From contig OY771555.1 in assembly GCA_963674785.1 (NCBI GenBank), positions 256,001 through 320,000 of the forward strand: a DNA stretch of 64,000 bases, written 5' to 3'. Under the pieces are notes generated by a model. That model saw only the letters and a list, made by a program, of their open reading frames with translations, made no database searches and had not been told where the DNA came from. This document shows, one piece after another, positions 48,052-57,665 of this stretch (position 1 is its first letter; each line of letters begins with the position of its first letter). The DNA comes from Caldisericia bacterium. Its GTDB lineage: Bacteria > Caldisericota > Caldisericia > JAAYUI01. Position numbers and translations under genes: made by a program.

Positions 48052-49461
48052 TTATTTCAAATTCTCCCACCTTTCTCCATCAAATCTAACACAAAAAATT
48101 ACCATCCTACCACTTTTTGATTTTGACCCTACAACCACAGGGTTATTTTGTTTATCAAGCTTTATCAAAGGTTTTTGTGTAACAGATGCTGCATCGATAG
48201 TATCCGAAAAAACTTCATTAATGTTTTCAATTATAAGATTATCAGATGAAAACTTTCCTTTTTCCCAGGTGGCATAGTATAGAATGTTGCTCCCATCAAT
48301 ATTATCTTGTGTATATACAATATGTGGATTTCCATTTGAATCTAATGTCAAATCTGACCACATTGACACATCAATCGGTAAATCTAGTTTTGCATTTTCG
48401 GATTTTGGATTAAAGATTTTGCCATCTGCACAAACAAGTTTTTCACCATCCCATCTTACAAAGTACAATGAAATCTTTTCTCCAATCTGTTCATGCCAGA
48501 GAATAACAGGATGGTTATCTTTATCTAAAACCAATTTTGGTCTTGTGGATATCCCATCGGTTCTTCCAATAAAATAATCACGGTTTTCAGGCACAAACTC
48601 TTTACCATAAATAGTTTTGAAACCCTCTCCTTCATTACTTAAATAGAAAAGATCAGAATGCTTTTCATCGTAAAAATCTGATAATAAGAAGTGTTTTACT
48701 CCATCTGATCCAAGGGCAAATGAAGGCTGCTTGAAGTCATCATAAACCAATTCGCGGAGAATATCTGACCTGTAATAAGTTTCGACCTCTTCCCCCTCAA
48801 TATTTCTGCATTTACGCCCGTCCCAGTAGGCATAAGAGATACATCTACCACAATTATCAGCACCGGATCCATTTGTGTTCCCAGCAAAAACATTGGGAAG
48901 ATCCTTATCATCAAGCCATAGATCGATGATCGAGTTATTTTGACCTCTAAATAAGTCATCACCTCTCGGTATCAACTCAGCATTTGTTTCCCATCCATTA
49001 TCCGTTGAGTATTCCTCTCCAGTTGCTGTGATCCACTTTTCACCATTCCACTTTATGTACGCGAGTACAGAATTACTATCACTAAACCAAGCTAGATTTG
49101 GGTATCCATTTGAATCAAGTTCTATGTCAGGGAAACGAGATCTGCTTGTAGGACTAATATCTCTATTTACAAAACATTCCATATTTTCTGGATCATAAAT
49201 CAAACCATCTGCTATCACCCAATTCTCCCCATCCCAGCGGGTGTAAACAAGAGTAGACTTTCTGAAAGCCTGCTCTTCCCAAACAATGTGTGGATATCCA
49301 TCATCATCCAATACAAGTGATGGGTTTATGGAATTAAGCTTCTCGCTCTTAATATGTTTATTCAACGCCTCATCGATATAGTCATCATATGTGAGCTCTT
49401 TTCCACACCCAAAACTTGCCAAAATCATCAAACAAACAATTATCGATAAAGTTTTTTTCAT
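48052..49461 (-). CDS. Lipoprotein, DxxGxPH / YxxWDG..W repeat family
   Basis: Lipobox SFGC; repeats LDDDGYPHIVW...YTRWDGENW. Confidence 0.8.
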   Translation of the reverse strand: MKKTLSIIVCLMILASFGCGKELTYDDYIDEALNKHIKSEKLNSINPSLVLDDDGYPHIVWEEQAFRKSTLVYTRWDGENWVIADGLIYDPENMECFVNRDISPTSRSRFPDIELDSNGYPNLAWFSDSNSVLAYIKWNGEKWITATGEEYSTDNGWETNAELIPRGDDLFRGQNNSIIDLWLDDKDLPNVFAGNTNGSGADNCGRCISYAYWDGRKCRNIEGEEVETYYRSDILRELVYDDFKQPSFALGSDGVKHFLLSDFYDEKHSDLFYLSNEGEGFKTIYGKEFVPENRDYFIGRTDGISTRPKLVLDKDNHPVILWHEQIGEKISLYFVRWDGEKLVCADGKIFNPKSENAKLDLPIDVSMWSDLTLDSNGNPHIVYTQDNIDGSNILYYATWEKGKFSSDNLIIENINEVFSDTIDAASVTQKPLIKLDKQNNPVVVGSKSKSGRMVIFCVRFDGERWENLK

Positions 49462-50918
49462 TTGAGCACCTCCCACTCTCTGCCATTCCATCTCATATAA
49501 TGAATGCTCCTATCATTTTGAAAAAGAAGGTGCGGGTAATCATTTTTATCAAGCTGCATTTTGCATTCATCAACCTCAGTAAAACCCTCAATTGCAGAGC
49601 TTTCTGAATCAAACTTGTCAAAAACTTCACCTGTAACAGTTACCATTTTCTCCCCATCAAATTTGATAAACATAGGATTTACAATCTTTGTATCAAAATC
49701 AAAGTGTCTCCAGAAGAAATTTGGGTTATTATTTTTATCAAGCTTCAAAACGCTTCCCCAGCCTGAACTTGAATATAAAGCAACTACGGTAGGATTTTCG
49801 ATCGCTAGATATTCATTCTCGAAAGTTGATCCATCTCCGCATTTCCAATCTTTACCATCATGATGAAGATAAACCGTGTGCCATCCTTCAAAAGATTGAT
49901 CATAAAATGCAATGTGAGGATCACCTCTTGATGAAATGACCAATGAAGACTCCTCAGATATACTTGGGCTATTACTCACATTTGCATTTAACATATGTGG
50001 ATTGAATATCGATCCATCAGCAGTTACCCAATCTGTACCATTATGAGTTACATAGAGAATGTCCAACCTGTTTTCTGTATTTTGGTCTGTCCAAGAAATA
50101 TGAGGATTATCATCTTTATCTAAAACAAGAGAAATATCAAATGATTTCAATTCATTTTTTGTAAGGTTTGCTGGATTGAGAATTGTCATGTCGTCTGGGT
50201 TATAGATAGAACCATCTGCGCATACCCAGGTTTCACCATTCCATCTAACATAGTAAACATCTGTATCTGTACTAGAATACGGTCCAATATGTCCAACTTC
50301 CCAGGCTAGGTGTGGATAACCTTTTGAATCGAGCTCAAGTTTCACATTCCCTGCACTTTTATGGTTTCTGCTTATGTTTGCGGGGTTTGATGATTTGTCG
50401 TCCTCTCCGTTATATTTGCTGCCGTCTGCACACACCCAGTTTTTTCCATCCCATTTAATATAAACAATATTGAACCAATAGTTTTCATCATCGTTTCTGA
50501 GAAGTGTGTGCCAAACAACATGTGGGTTATCGCTATTATCAAGTCTAATTGAAGGTTTCTCATTCCTTTGGCTAATTTGTCTGCTTACATTTGCAGGATT
50601 TTCCCATCTTCTCCACTCATCAGATTTGAAAATTGAACCGTCATCACACACCCAGTTCTCGCCATCCCATTTCAAATAATAGATATATTGATCATACTCC
50701 CACACAACATGAGGATAACCTTTTGAATCAAGTACAAAATCAGGATCGTATGATCTTCCTGCGCTAATACATGAAAGTGATCTGTTTCCCTCAAGTGGGT
50801 AAAAGTTTTCGGGATATTTATCTTCAAGTTTTTCGCCGACATTTCGATTACATCCAACTAAAACACCAAATAAAATAAAACTTGCAATCAGAATTGACAA
50901 ACATTTCTTATTAAACAT
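49458..50918 (-). CDS. Lipoprotein, DxxGxPH / YxxWDG..W repeat family
   Basis: Lipobox LVGC; about 7 repeats such as LDSKGYPH..W...Y..W(D/N)G..WVCADGS. Confidence 0.8.
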   Translation of the reverse strand: MFNKKCLSILIASFILFGVLVGCNRNVGEKLEDKYPENFYPLEGNRSLSCISAGRSYDPDFVLDSKGYPHVVWEYDQYIYYLKWDGENWVCDDGSIFKSDEWRRWENPANVSRQISQRNEKPSIRLDNSDNPHVVWHTLLRNDDENYWFNIVYIKWDGKNWVCADGSKYNGEDDKSSNPANISRNHKSAGNVKLELDSKGYPHLAWEVGHIGPYSSTDTDVYYVRWNGETWVCADGSIYNPDDMTILNPANLTKNELKSFDISLVLDKDDNPHISWTDQNTENRLDILYVTHNGTDWVTADGSIFNPHMLNANVSNSPSISEESSLVISSRGDPHIAFYDQSFEGWHTVYLHHDGKDWKCGDGSTFENEYLAIENPTVVALYSSSGWGSVLKLDKNNNPNFFWRHFDFDTKIVNPMFIKFDGEKMVTVTGEVFDKFDSESSAIEGFTEVDECKMQLDKNDYPHLLFQNDRSIHYMRWNGREWEVLK

Positions 50919-51082
50919 ACTCTCTCCTAAAAACCTAAATAGTGTACCCATAATATCACTCATTACTTATTATTCCAGTTTGTTAAATCTATTTCTTTTA
51001 AAAAATCTATAACATACCTTTGATGTTTACACAAACAATCTATTGAATATAATCAAACCACACACCTTCAAGGAGAAAAGAC

Positions 51083-51691
51083 ATGGATTTTTGGCAAATT
51101 TTATCGGTTTATATACTCCCCTTTGTTTCAATTGCTGTTGGATTGGTGGCGATTTTTATCTCAATCCGATCTGCCAGAAATTCTGAAAAAACCCTTGAAG
51201 AGATAAAAACAAGTCTCGATAAGCGTGTTGCAAAATCGATTAAAAGCTATGAGGATGCAAACAAGTTTATCAGGGAGAGCGCATCAAAAGTACAAACTGA
51301 CCTCATCGACCTAATAAAGGATTCCAGACTTCCAAATGATCAGATCACGAGCCACACAAAAAACGATATTGACTTCATAATTGCAAACCTTGAATCATCC
51401 GATTTCAAGTTTCTCAGGGCTTGTGAAAAATTCCCGGGAAACACCCCAAGATTCATCCCGGGAAACCCAAAAACACCAGACCCAAAACCAAAGGCAGGAA
51501 AAAGATTTCTTGACTATATTGATTGCAAAGATGAAGATGAGATTGACGAACCAATCTCAAAACTCATCGGTTTTGAGCTGGTTGACTTTGCAACAAACCC
51601 AAAAAAACCGACCGAGAGAATCCTTAAATTCACTGAGAAGGGTCTTCAAGTAATTGAGGTTTTAAGAGAACGAAAACTTCTACCAGATTGA
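51083..51691 (+). CDS. Hypothetical protein with N-terminal TM helix
   Basis: AAGGAG RBS; hydrophobic N-terminus, coiled coil, possible winged-helix-like end (FTEKG). Confidence 0.7.
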   Translation: MDFWQILSVYILPFVSIAVGLVAIFISIRSARNSEKTLEEIKTSLDKRVAKSIKSYEDANKFIRESASKVQTDLIDLIKDSRLPNDQITSHTKNDIDFIIANLESSDFKFLRACEKFPGNTPRFIPGNPKTPDPKPKAGKRFLDYIDCKDEDEIDEPISKLIGFELVDFATNPKKPTERILKFTEKGLQVIEVLRERKLLPD

Positions 51692-51701
51692 TTTTTAAGT
51701 T

Positions 51702-52067
51702 CTATTCTCTTTTCTCATTAATCCATCCATAGATTCCAGCCGTAATAAGGAGTCCCATACAGGCAGCACCAAGTATTCCTGCAAACCCAGATAAGAAAGG
51801 CGAAAAGTTAGGCACAAAAAAGAAATAGATGTACAGGGTATAAGCGATAAAACCAATCATCACATAGATTAACCCAGATACGAGCCCTTCAAGAAAACCT
51901 TTCACATCCTTTAGCCCATAAAGTGTTCCGCCAATGATGATTGGCGGCGACAGAGCCAACCAAACAATCACAAGATCAAAGGTAAACACAAACAACCAGG
52001 ATAAGCACAGGTGGACAAGGCTAATCACTAAGCCGTAAAGTAGGTGTCTTTTGTAATCAATTTTCAT
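51702..52067 (-). CDS. Membrane protein, single MKID module
   Basis: 4 TM segments; MKIDY..., GFLEGLVSGLIY shared with neighbours. Confidence 0.7.
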   Translation of the reverse strand: MKIDYKRHLLYGLVISLVHLCLSWLFVFTFDLVIVWLALSPPIIIGGTLYGLKDVKGFLEGLVSGLIYVMIGFIAYTLYIYFFFVPNFSPFLSGFAGILGAACMGLLITAGIYGWINEKRE

Positions 52068-52878
52068 TTTTTAACTCCTCTTTTTCTGTTATTGAAAACT
52101 TCGATGTAACAGCAATATCTGCAAGTAACTCCGCATCTTCTATTCCTCTCATCTGGTTTGCCCAACCAATGAGACCTGCAAGCAACAAAAAAGTAACCAA
52201 ATACGTAATCATAATCTCAGTTATGAATCCCCATGGTGAATCAATGATAATTTTAGTTGATACATTATATGCATAGTGAAACAATCCCCCACCAACTAAA
52301 ACATACATCAAACCATGAAGCAATCCATTTAGAAATCCAAAAATATTCCTCATTGCTAAATAGGTTAATCCAATCAATATGACAGGTGCGAATGCAAGAA
52401 ATGTTATTCCTCTGTATGGCCACATTAGTTTTGAGCAAACAAACATCAACACCAAAAACAATGCTGTGATTAGAACTGCATATATGCTGTGCATAAAATT
52501 GACTTTGATTTTCAAATCATCTCTTGTTGCATCAGTTTTTTTGAGACTATTTGCCAAACCCATAATACATGAAAGAAGTACCAATCCAATAGCTAAGGCA
52601 TGGACATAATTCCAGAGATGATAATCAAAATAAATATAGCTCCACATAGGGCTTATTAGAAGAAAAAGAGTGTGAATAATGTAACCAGGAATGATGTAGA
52701 TCAATCCGTAAATAAATCCCTCTAGAAAACTATTCACATTTCTTAGAAGGATCACTGCAAATCCAAGCACATACATTGGGGTAATGAAGAAAACCCAAAA
52801 AGATGTACCAACTGAAAGAATAGCATGGAAAAGAGCAAGAATTATTGCATATCCAAGATGCCTAAAATCAATTTTCAT
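52057..52878 (-). CDS. Membrane protein, double MKID module
   Basis: Two internal modules (MKIDF, KVNFMH) with FLEGFIYGLIY and FLNGLLHGLMY. Confidence 0.7.
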   Translation of the reverse strand: MKIDFRHLGYAIILALFHAILSVGTSFWVFFITPMYVLGFAVILLRNVNSFLEGFIYGLIYIIPGYIIHTLFLLISPMWSYIYFDYHLWNYVHALAIGLVLLSCIMGLANSLKKTDATRDDLKIKVNFMHSIYAVLITALFLVLMFVCSKLMWPYRGITFLAFAPVILIGLTYLAMRNIFGFLNGLLHGLMYVLVGGGLFHYAYNVSTKIIIDSPWGFITEIMITYLVTFLLLAGLIGWANQMRGIEDAELLADIAVTSKFSITEKEELKNEN

Positions 52879-53701
52879 TTATATCTTCCCTTTCCTTTGT
52901 CACAATTTCTTCTGATACGCTTGCTTTAGACAAAAACTCAAAAAAATCGACTTCTTTTTCAAGCGAGTTTATCCATCCAATGATACCTGTAAGCAAAACT
53001 AGACCTATCGTAGCGATCATTACAAACTTTGGATCAATATAAAATGGAAGGTCATTTATTGATTTGAAGAAGTATTCATAAGAAAAATAGAACACTGCAT
53101 TTGTGATGACGTAGAAAATCAATCCATTCAGGAGTCCGTTAATAAAACCTTTGGTATTTCTAAAAAAGTAATATATTCCACCAATAATGATTGTGGGAAT
53201 GGTAAATATCCACAATGCTCTACCATTACTATAATTAACAACAATAATAAAATACCAGCTAAGGAAGATTGTCACAACCGAGAGAACTAAAGCATAAAAA
53301 ACATGCATAAAATCAATCTTTATCTTATTTGTAATGTCATCATTTTTCCAAGAGTTAGAAATTCCAATGATTCCACCAATCAAAACCAAACTCAACACAC
53401 AAATCATAAACCAACCGATAAAACCAACATCAAGATACCCAAAAAACACCATTGAGAAAAAAAGATGAAAAAAAGATCCAAAAAAACCAACAATAGAAAA
53501 GATCAAACCCAATTGCAATCCAGAGCCAAATTCACTCGTGTTTCTCATTCCAAACATCATACCACCAAAGAAAATTAAAGGTGTCAGAATAAACCAAATC
53601 TCTATACCATTTCGGATATTTGTTAACAGCAAACTTATAGCTATATGAGCAATATTAATAAGTAGTGCCAAAACAAAACATTTCCCGAAATCAATTTTCA
53701 T
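52868..53701 (-). CDS. Membrane protein, double MKID module
   Basis: MKIDF and KIDFMH modules; GFINGLLNGLIF. Confidence 0.7.
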   Translation of the reverse strand: MKIDFGKCFVLALLINIAHIAISLLLTNIRNGIEIWFILTPLIFFGGMMFGMRNTSEFGSGLQLGLIFSIVGFFGSFFHLFFSMVFFGYLDVGFIGWFMICVLSLVLIGGIIGISNSWKNDDITNKIKIDFMHVFYALVLSVVTIFLSWYFIIVVNYSNGRALWIFTIPTIIIGGIYYFFRNTKGFINGLLNGLIFYVITNAVFYFSYEYFFKSINDLPFYIDPKFVMIATIGLVLLTGIIGWINSLEKEVDFFEFLSKASVSEEIVTKEREDINEN

Positions 53702-53792
53702 AAATCTTCACCCCCTTTGTTTCTCAAAGATTATATTAAAACAAATCAATATAACAACTATCTTGACTGATGATAAATGGCATAGATACTCC

Positions 53793-55352
53793 ATGTTTGT
53801 GATAAAAAAGGCAAATGAGACCATCTTTCGAGAAGTTGACACAGGCGTTAAATCCGCAGCATGGAACATGGCTTGTGATGATTTTTTGTTGAACAATCAC
53901 AGCCCAGAAAAGCAGCCTATAATGAGGTTTCTTTCTTTTGAAAGATGTGTCATGGTCGGATACTTCCAGTCTGTGAATCAGGAAGTAAGGACGGAATACT
54001 GTGAAGAAAAAGGGATTGTCATCAACCGCCGAATCACAGGTGGCGGAACAATATACTTTGACCCATCACAGGTTGGTTGGGAGATAGTTGCACCAATCTC
54101 GATGTTTGGCGGAAACCCAACTAAGCTTTATGAAATCTTTGGTCGCAGTGTTGCCAAAGGTCTTTCAACACTTGGAATAAATGCTGTTTTTAAACCGAGA
54201 AATGATATTGAAGTAAACGGAAGAAAAATAACTGGAATGGGTGGGATCACAGCTGGCGACTGTTTCCTTTTCCAGGGAACTTTGCTTGTAGCAGACCGAA
54301 TTGAAGAGATGCTCTATTCTCTCAAAGTCCCTGTTGAAAAACTCAAACCAAAAGAGATTGATTCTGTCCGTGAACGTGTCACCTGTATCGAACATGAGAT
54401 TGGAAGAATTCCAAGTAGAGAAGAACTCAAAGATGCCATGAAACTAGGATTTTCTGAGCTTTTGGGTATTCAAACTGAGCAGTCCGATTTGACAGTCGAA
54501 GAATCAAACGGTGTTGAAAAATCTCTGACATACTTCACATCAGACAAATGGATAAACAGAATCAACCTGAAAGAGGAATCGCAAGGGCTTTTGACCGGAA
54601 CATTCAGGAGCTCAGATTTTGGCACAATAAAGGTAACATCCCAGATAAACACAAAGCAAAAAATGATAAGGCAATCCCTCATCACAGGTGACTTTTTTGT
54701 AGAAAACCCGGGATTGCTTTTCGATATGGAGCGCTTGCTCAAAAACATCCATATTGATGAAGAGAAGGTCTTGGGGATTATTGATGATTTTCTGATTCAT
54801 CATCCAGACCTGCCAAGGGAAGACTTCAAAAACGCTTTCCGGGAGGTTTTCAAAAAACTAAGCTGGGTATCTGAGGGCTTCACCCCGGAGGAAGCAAACA
54901 ACATATATGCGGTTAATTTTGAGCCAAAAGAAAAAATAAAACCTAACTACTTCCTTTTTCCATACTGCGCAAAAGGTGCAAAGTGTGCATTCAGGTATGA
55001 AGATGATTGTTCACAGTGTTCAGCTTGTACTGTTGGTGATGGATACGAGATGGCAATTGATGCAGGACTAAAACCCGTCACGATCACGAGTTTTGAAGAC
55101 CTGATGGAAAAACTGGATGAACTGAAAGAAATGGGTGAGGAATCATACATCGGCAGTTGCTGTGAGCCTTTTTACATCAAGCATCAAGAGGAGTTTATCG
55201 ACTCTGAGATGAAAGGGCTTCTTATCAACGTGAAGGATTCCACCTGTTACGACCTTGGAAAAGCGCATGAGGCATATCTTGGTACTTTTGAGAATCAGAC
55301 TAATTTGGAGCTGCATTTGATAAAGAAGGTTATCAAGTGGGTGAAGAATTAA
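53793..55352 (+). CDS. lplA: Lipoate-protein ligase A family fused to a Cys-rich DUF116-like domain
   Basis: NMACD, GYFQS, RRITGGGTIY, PRNDI..NGRKITG, QGTLL, GDFF; C-terminal PYCAK..C..CSQCSAC and GSCC. Confidence 0.8.
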   Translation: MFVIKKANETIFREVDTGVKSAAWNMACDDFLLNNHSPEKQPIMRFLSFERCVMVGYFQSVNQEVRTEYCEEKGIVINRRITGGGTIYFDPSQVGWEIVAPISMFGGNPTKLYEIFGRSVAKGLSTLGINAVFKPRNDIEVNGRKITGMGGITAGDCFLFQGTLLVADRIEEMLYSLKVPVEKLKPKEIDSVRERVTCIEHEIGRIPSREELKDAMKLGFSELLGIQTEQSDLTVEESNGVEKSLTYFTSDKWINRINLKEESQGLLTGTFRSSDFGTIKVTSQINTKQKMIRQSLITGDFFVENPGLLFDMERLLKNIHIDEEKVLGIIDDFLIHHPDLPREDFKNAFREVFKKLSWVSEGFTPEEANNIYAVNFEPKEKIKPNYFLFPYCAKGAKCAFRYEDDCSQCSACTVGDGYEMAIDAGLKPVTITSFEDLMEKLDELKEMGEESYIGSCCEPFYIKHQEEFIDSEMKGLLINVKDSTCYDLGKAHEAYLGTFENQTNLELHLIKKVIKWVKN

Positions 55353-55420
55353 CAACATAGATTATTGGGCAGCCCATAAAGATATAACAGCTTTTTCTAG
55401 CATTGACCAGCGTTTCCCCC

Positions 55421-55470
55421 CGTCATTCCGCACAGTTGCTGAGCCTGTCGAAGCATGATGAGGAATCTAG
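55421..55470 (+). repeat. Composite CGTC hairpin with a second motif (CTGAGCCTGTCGAAG) in its loop
   Basis: CGTCATTCCGCA-[CAGTTGCTGAGCCTGTCGAAGC]-ATGATGAGGAATCTAG. Confidence 0.65.
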
Positions 55471-55560
55471 GATTAGGAAATACTCGGAAAACATTGACTA
55501 TAAATTCTTAGCATCGGTCAAAACATCCCACCAAACAAAACAGATACGCTATTTTTCACC

Positions 55561-55711
55561 CTAGATTCCCGGTCAAGTCGGGGATGAGATACTCCCGACC
55601 CCGCATCAAGTGCGGGGTGACGAGGGAGCAAAGAAAGATACAAAAAACTCCTGGATCCCAGGTCAAGCCTGGGATGAGATTCTTTCGTCCCGTATCGAGT
55701 ACGGGATGACG
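55561..55711 (-). repeat. Cluster of four CGTC-type hairpins in two 90-bp-period doublets
   Basis: Stems ATTCCCGG, ACCCCGCA, ATCCCAGG, TCCCGTA with TCAAG/TCGAG loops, followed by GAG or GACG. Confidence 0.85.
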
Positions 55712-55785
55712 GGTGGGTAAAATTGGGGACTATCTCAATTTCAATCAAGATTCTTTTTTAGACATTGTTTATTATAATATGAGTC

Positions 55786-56646
55786 ATGAAAAACATTGAT
55801 CGTGTCGGTCGAGTGGTTGAATACATTGAAGAAAACCTGAATAGGTTGGTTTCACTTGAGGAAATCTCAAAAAACTCAGGCATGTCAGAATTCTATCTGA
55901 TCAGGGCTTTTGGAGGGATTCTTGGTGAACCAATTATGGAATATGTCAGAAAAAGAAGGCTCACTGAGGCTTCAAGGGAACTCATAAACTCAGATAAACC
56001 CATTATCGACATCAGCCTCGACTGGGGATATGATTCTCAAGAAGCGTTCACAAGGGCATTTAAAAAAGTATTCAAAACAACACCCGCAAAATACAGAAAA
56101 AATGGGCATGTTCTTGGGCCATTTGAGAGACACAAATTGAACTTCACGACAATAATAACAAACAGGAGGATCTTGATGAAAGAACCAAAATTAGTAGAAA
56201 AAAAGGGCTTTACAGTTGTTGGACTTCTGTATCACGGAAAGAATGAAAACCAGGAGATCTCAACCATGTGGGGAGAGTACAATAAAAGATTTGATGAGAT
56301 TCCAAACAAGGTCGGGGATCCGTGTTATGGTGTTTGTTTTGCTCCACTCCAGGACAAGGAAGACAAGGATTATGGAGCATTTGACTACATTGCATCACAC
56401 GAGGTTTCAAAAGTAGAGAATTTACCAGAAGGCATGACAAGCAAAGAAGTCCCTGCAGGGAAATGGCTTGTTTTTGAACACAAGGGAAAACTTGATACAC
56501 TTGAGAACACCTACAAATACATATACAGCCAATATTTCCCAAACAGCGAATATGAAGCTGCTGAGATGGATATGGAGTTATATGATGACAGGTTCATAAT
56601 GGACTCAGATGAATCGGTCTTTGAGATTTGGGTGATGGTGAAGTGA
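55786..56646 (+). CDS. AraC-family regulator with GyrI-like effector domain
   Basis: YVRKRRLTEA, GYDSQEAFTRAFKK; C-terminal VPAGKWLVFEHKG, MELYDDRF. Confidence 0.92.
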   Translation: MKNIDRVGRVVEYIEENLNRLVSLEEISKNSGMSEFYLIRAFGGILGEPIMEYVRKRRLTEASRELINSDKPIIDISLDWGYDSQEAFTRAFKKVFKTTPAKYRKNGHVLGPFERHKLNFTTIITNRRILMKEPKLVEKKGFTVVGLLYHGKNENQEISTMWGEYNKRFDEIPNKVGDPCYGVCFAPLQDKEDKDYGAFDYIASHEVSKVENLPEGMTSKEVPAGKWLVFEHKGKLDTLENTYKYIYSQYFPNSEYEAAEMDMELYDDRFIMDSDESVFEIWVMVK

Positions 56647-56649
56647 GAT

Positions 56650-56768
56650 AACTCAGGCTTGACCAGGGATCCAGCATTTAAGGCATCAAGAATGCTTGAA
56701 TAGAAAATGACTAAACCAATCCTAGATTCACAGTCACACTTTGACTAACTCAGTGACCACCTGGAATG
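56650..56768. repeat. Two degenerate CGTC-type repeats in inverted arrangement
   Basis: CAGG-CTTGA-CCAGGGATCCAG resembles the reverse complement of 55651-55675; CTAGATTC..CTTTGACTAACTCAG..GGAATG parallels the reverse complement of 55421-55470. Confidence 0.55.
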
Positions 56769-56849
56769 GAGGAATAGGAGAGTGATCTGAGGTTTTTTAT
56801 TGAAAACAATTCATTTGTGAAAAGATGACTTTTCTACTATTATATTTAC

Positions 56850-57665
56850 ATGGAAAGTGCCGGTTACAAAAAGCTCAAAGTTGCCCTATGTGTGCCCACA
56901 ATAACATCGGACACCTCAAAAAATCTTGAAGCCTTAGAGCGACAAGTCATTGAGTCCTCAAAAAATGGTGTTGATCTAGTGGTGTTTGCAGAAACTGTGA
57001 TAACTGGACTCGCAAATAATGATGATCCCGAACATGATATTGAGTTCGTTCAAGAAATTCCTGGAGAATACACAAACAAACTGGGGATGCTTGCAAAAAG
57101 ATTTGGGATACACATAGCATTTGGAATGCTTGAAGATGATAATGGAAAATTCTATGACAGTGCAGTCCTATTAAAGCCTGACGGAAAGATTGGATTAAAG
57201 TATCGCCGAGTATCACCACACTGGCACACAAGAAATGCTGATCCAAACATCTACTGCGAAGGTGACAGTTTTCCAAAACTAGAAACCCCATTTGGTTCAT
57301 TCGGATTCTTGATTTGTGGAGATATGTTTGATGATAAAATATTAAAAGAGTCAAAAGAATCTAATCCCGACTGGCTTCTCTACCTTGTAGCTATAAGCTT
57401 CCCAGATGACATAAAACAAACCATCAAACAGGAGTGGGAAAGTATTGAATCCTTTGAGTATATGAAACAAATCAAAAAATCGAACACACCAACCTTGATG
57501 GTCAATTATTTAGCACATCAAAACCTCCCTGATGATGATTCGTATGGGGGAGCTTTTGTGTTCACCAAAAATGGTGATCTTGCTAAATCATTTCCTCTGC
57601 AAACTGATGGGATTCTATATGCAGAATTAACCCAGACTAATGACATGCAAATAAAGATTCTATGA
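56850..57665 (+). CDS. Carbon-nitrogen hydrolase (nitrilase superfamily)
   Basis: VVFAE, YDSAVL, KYRR, LICGD. Confidence 0.85.
   Translation: MESAGYKKLKVALCVPTITSDTSKNLEALERQVIESSKNGVDLVVFAETVITGLANNDDPEHDIEFVQEIPGEYTNKLGMLAKRFGIHIAFGMLEDDNGKFYDSAVLLKPDGKIGLKYRRVSPHWHTRNADPNIYCEGDSFPKLETPFGSFGFLICGDMFDDKILKESKESNPDWLLYLVAISFPDDIKQTIKQEWESIESFEYMKQIKKSNTPTLMVNYLAHQNLPDDDSYGGAFVFTKNGDLAKSFPLQTDGILYAELTQTNDMQIKIL

Noticed and set aside
55561-55711. Possible mini CRISPR array
   Set aside because: Repeats differ in stem sequence, spacing alternates, and no cas genes are present; fits REP-like hairpins.
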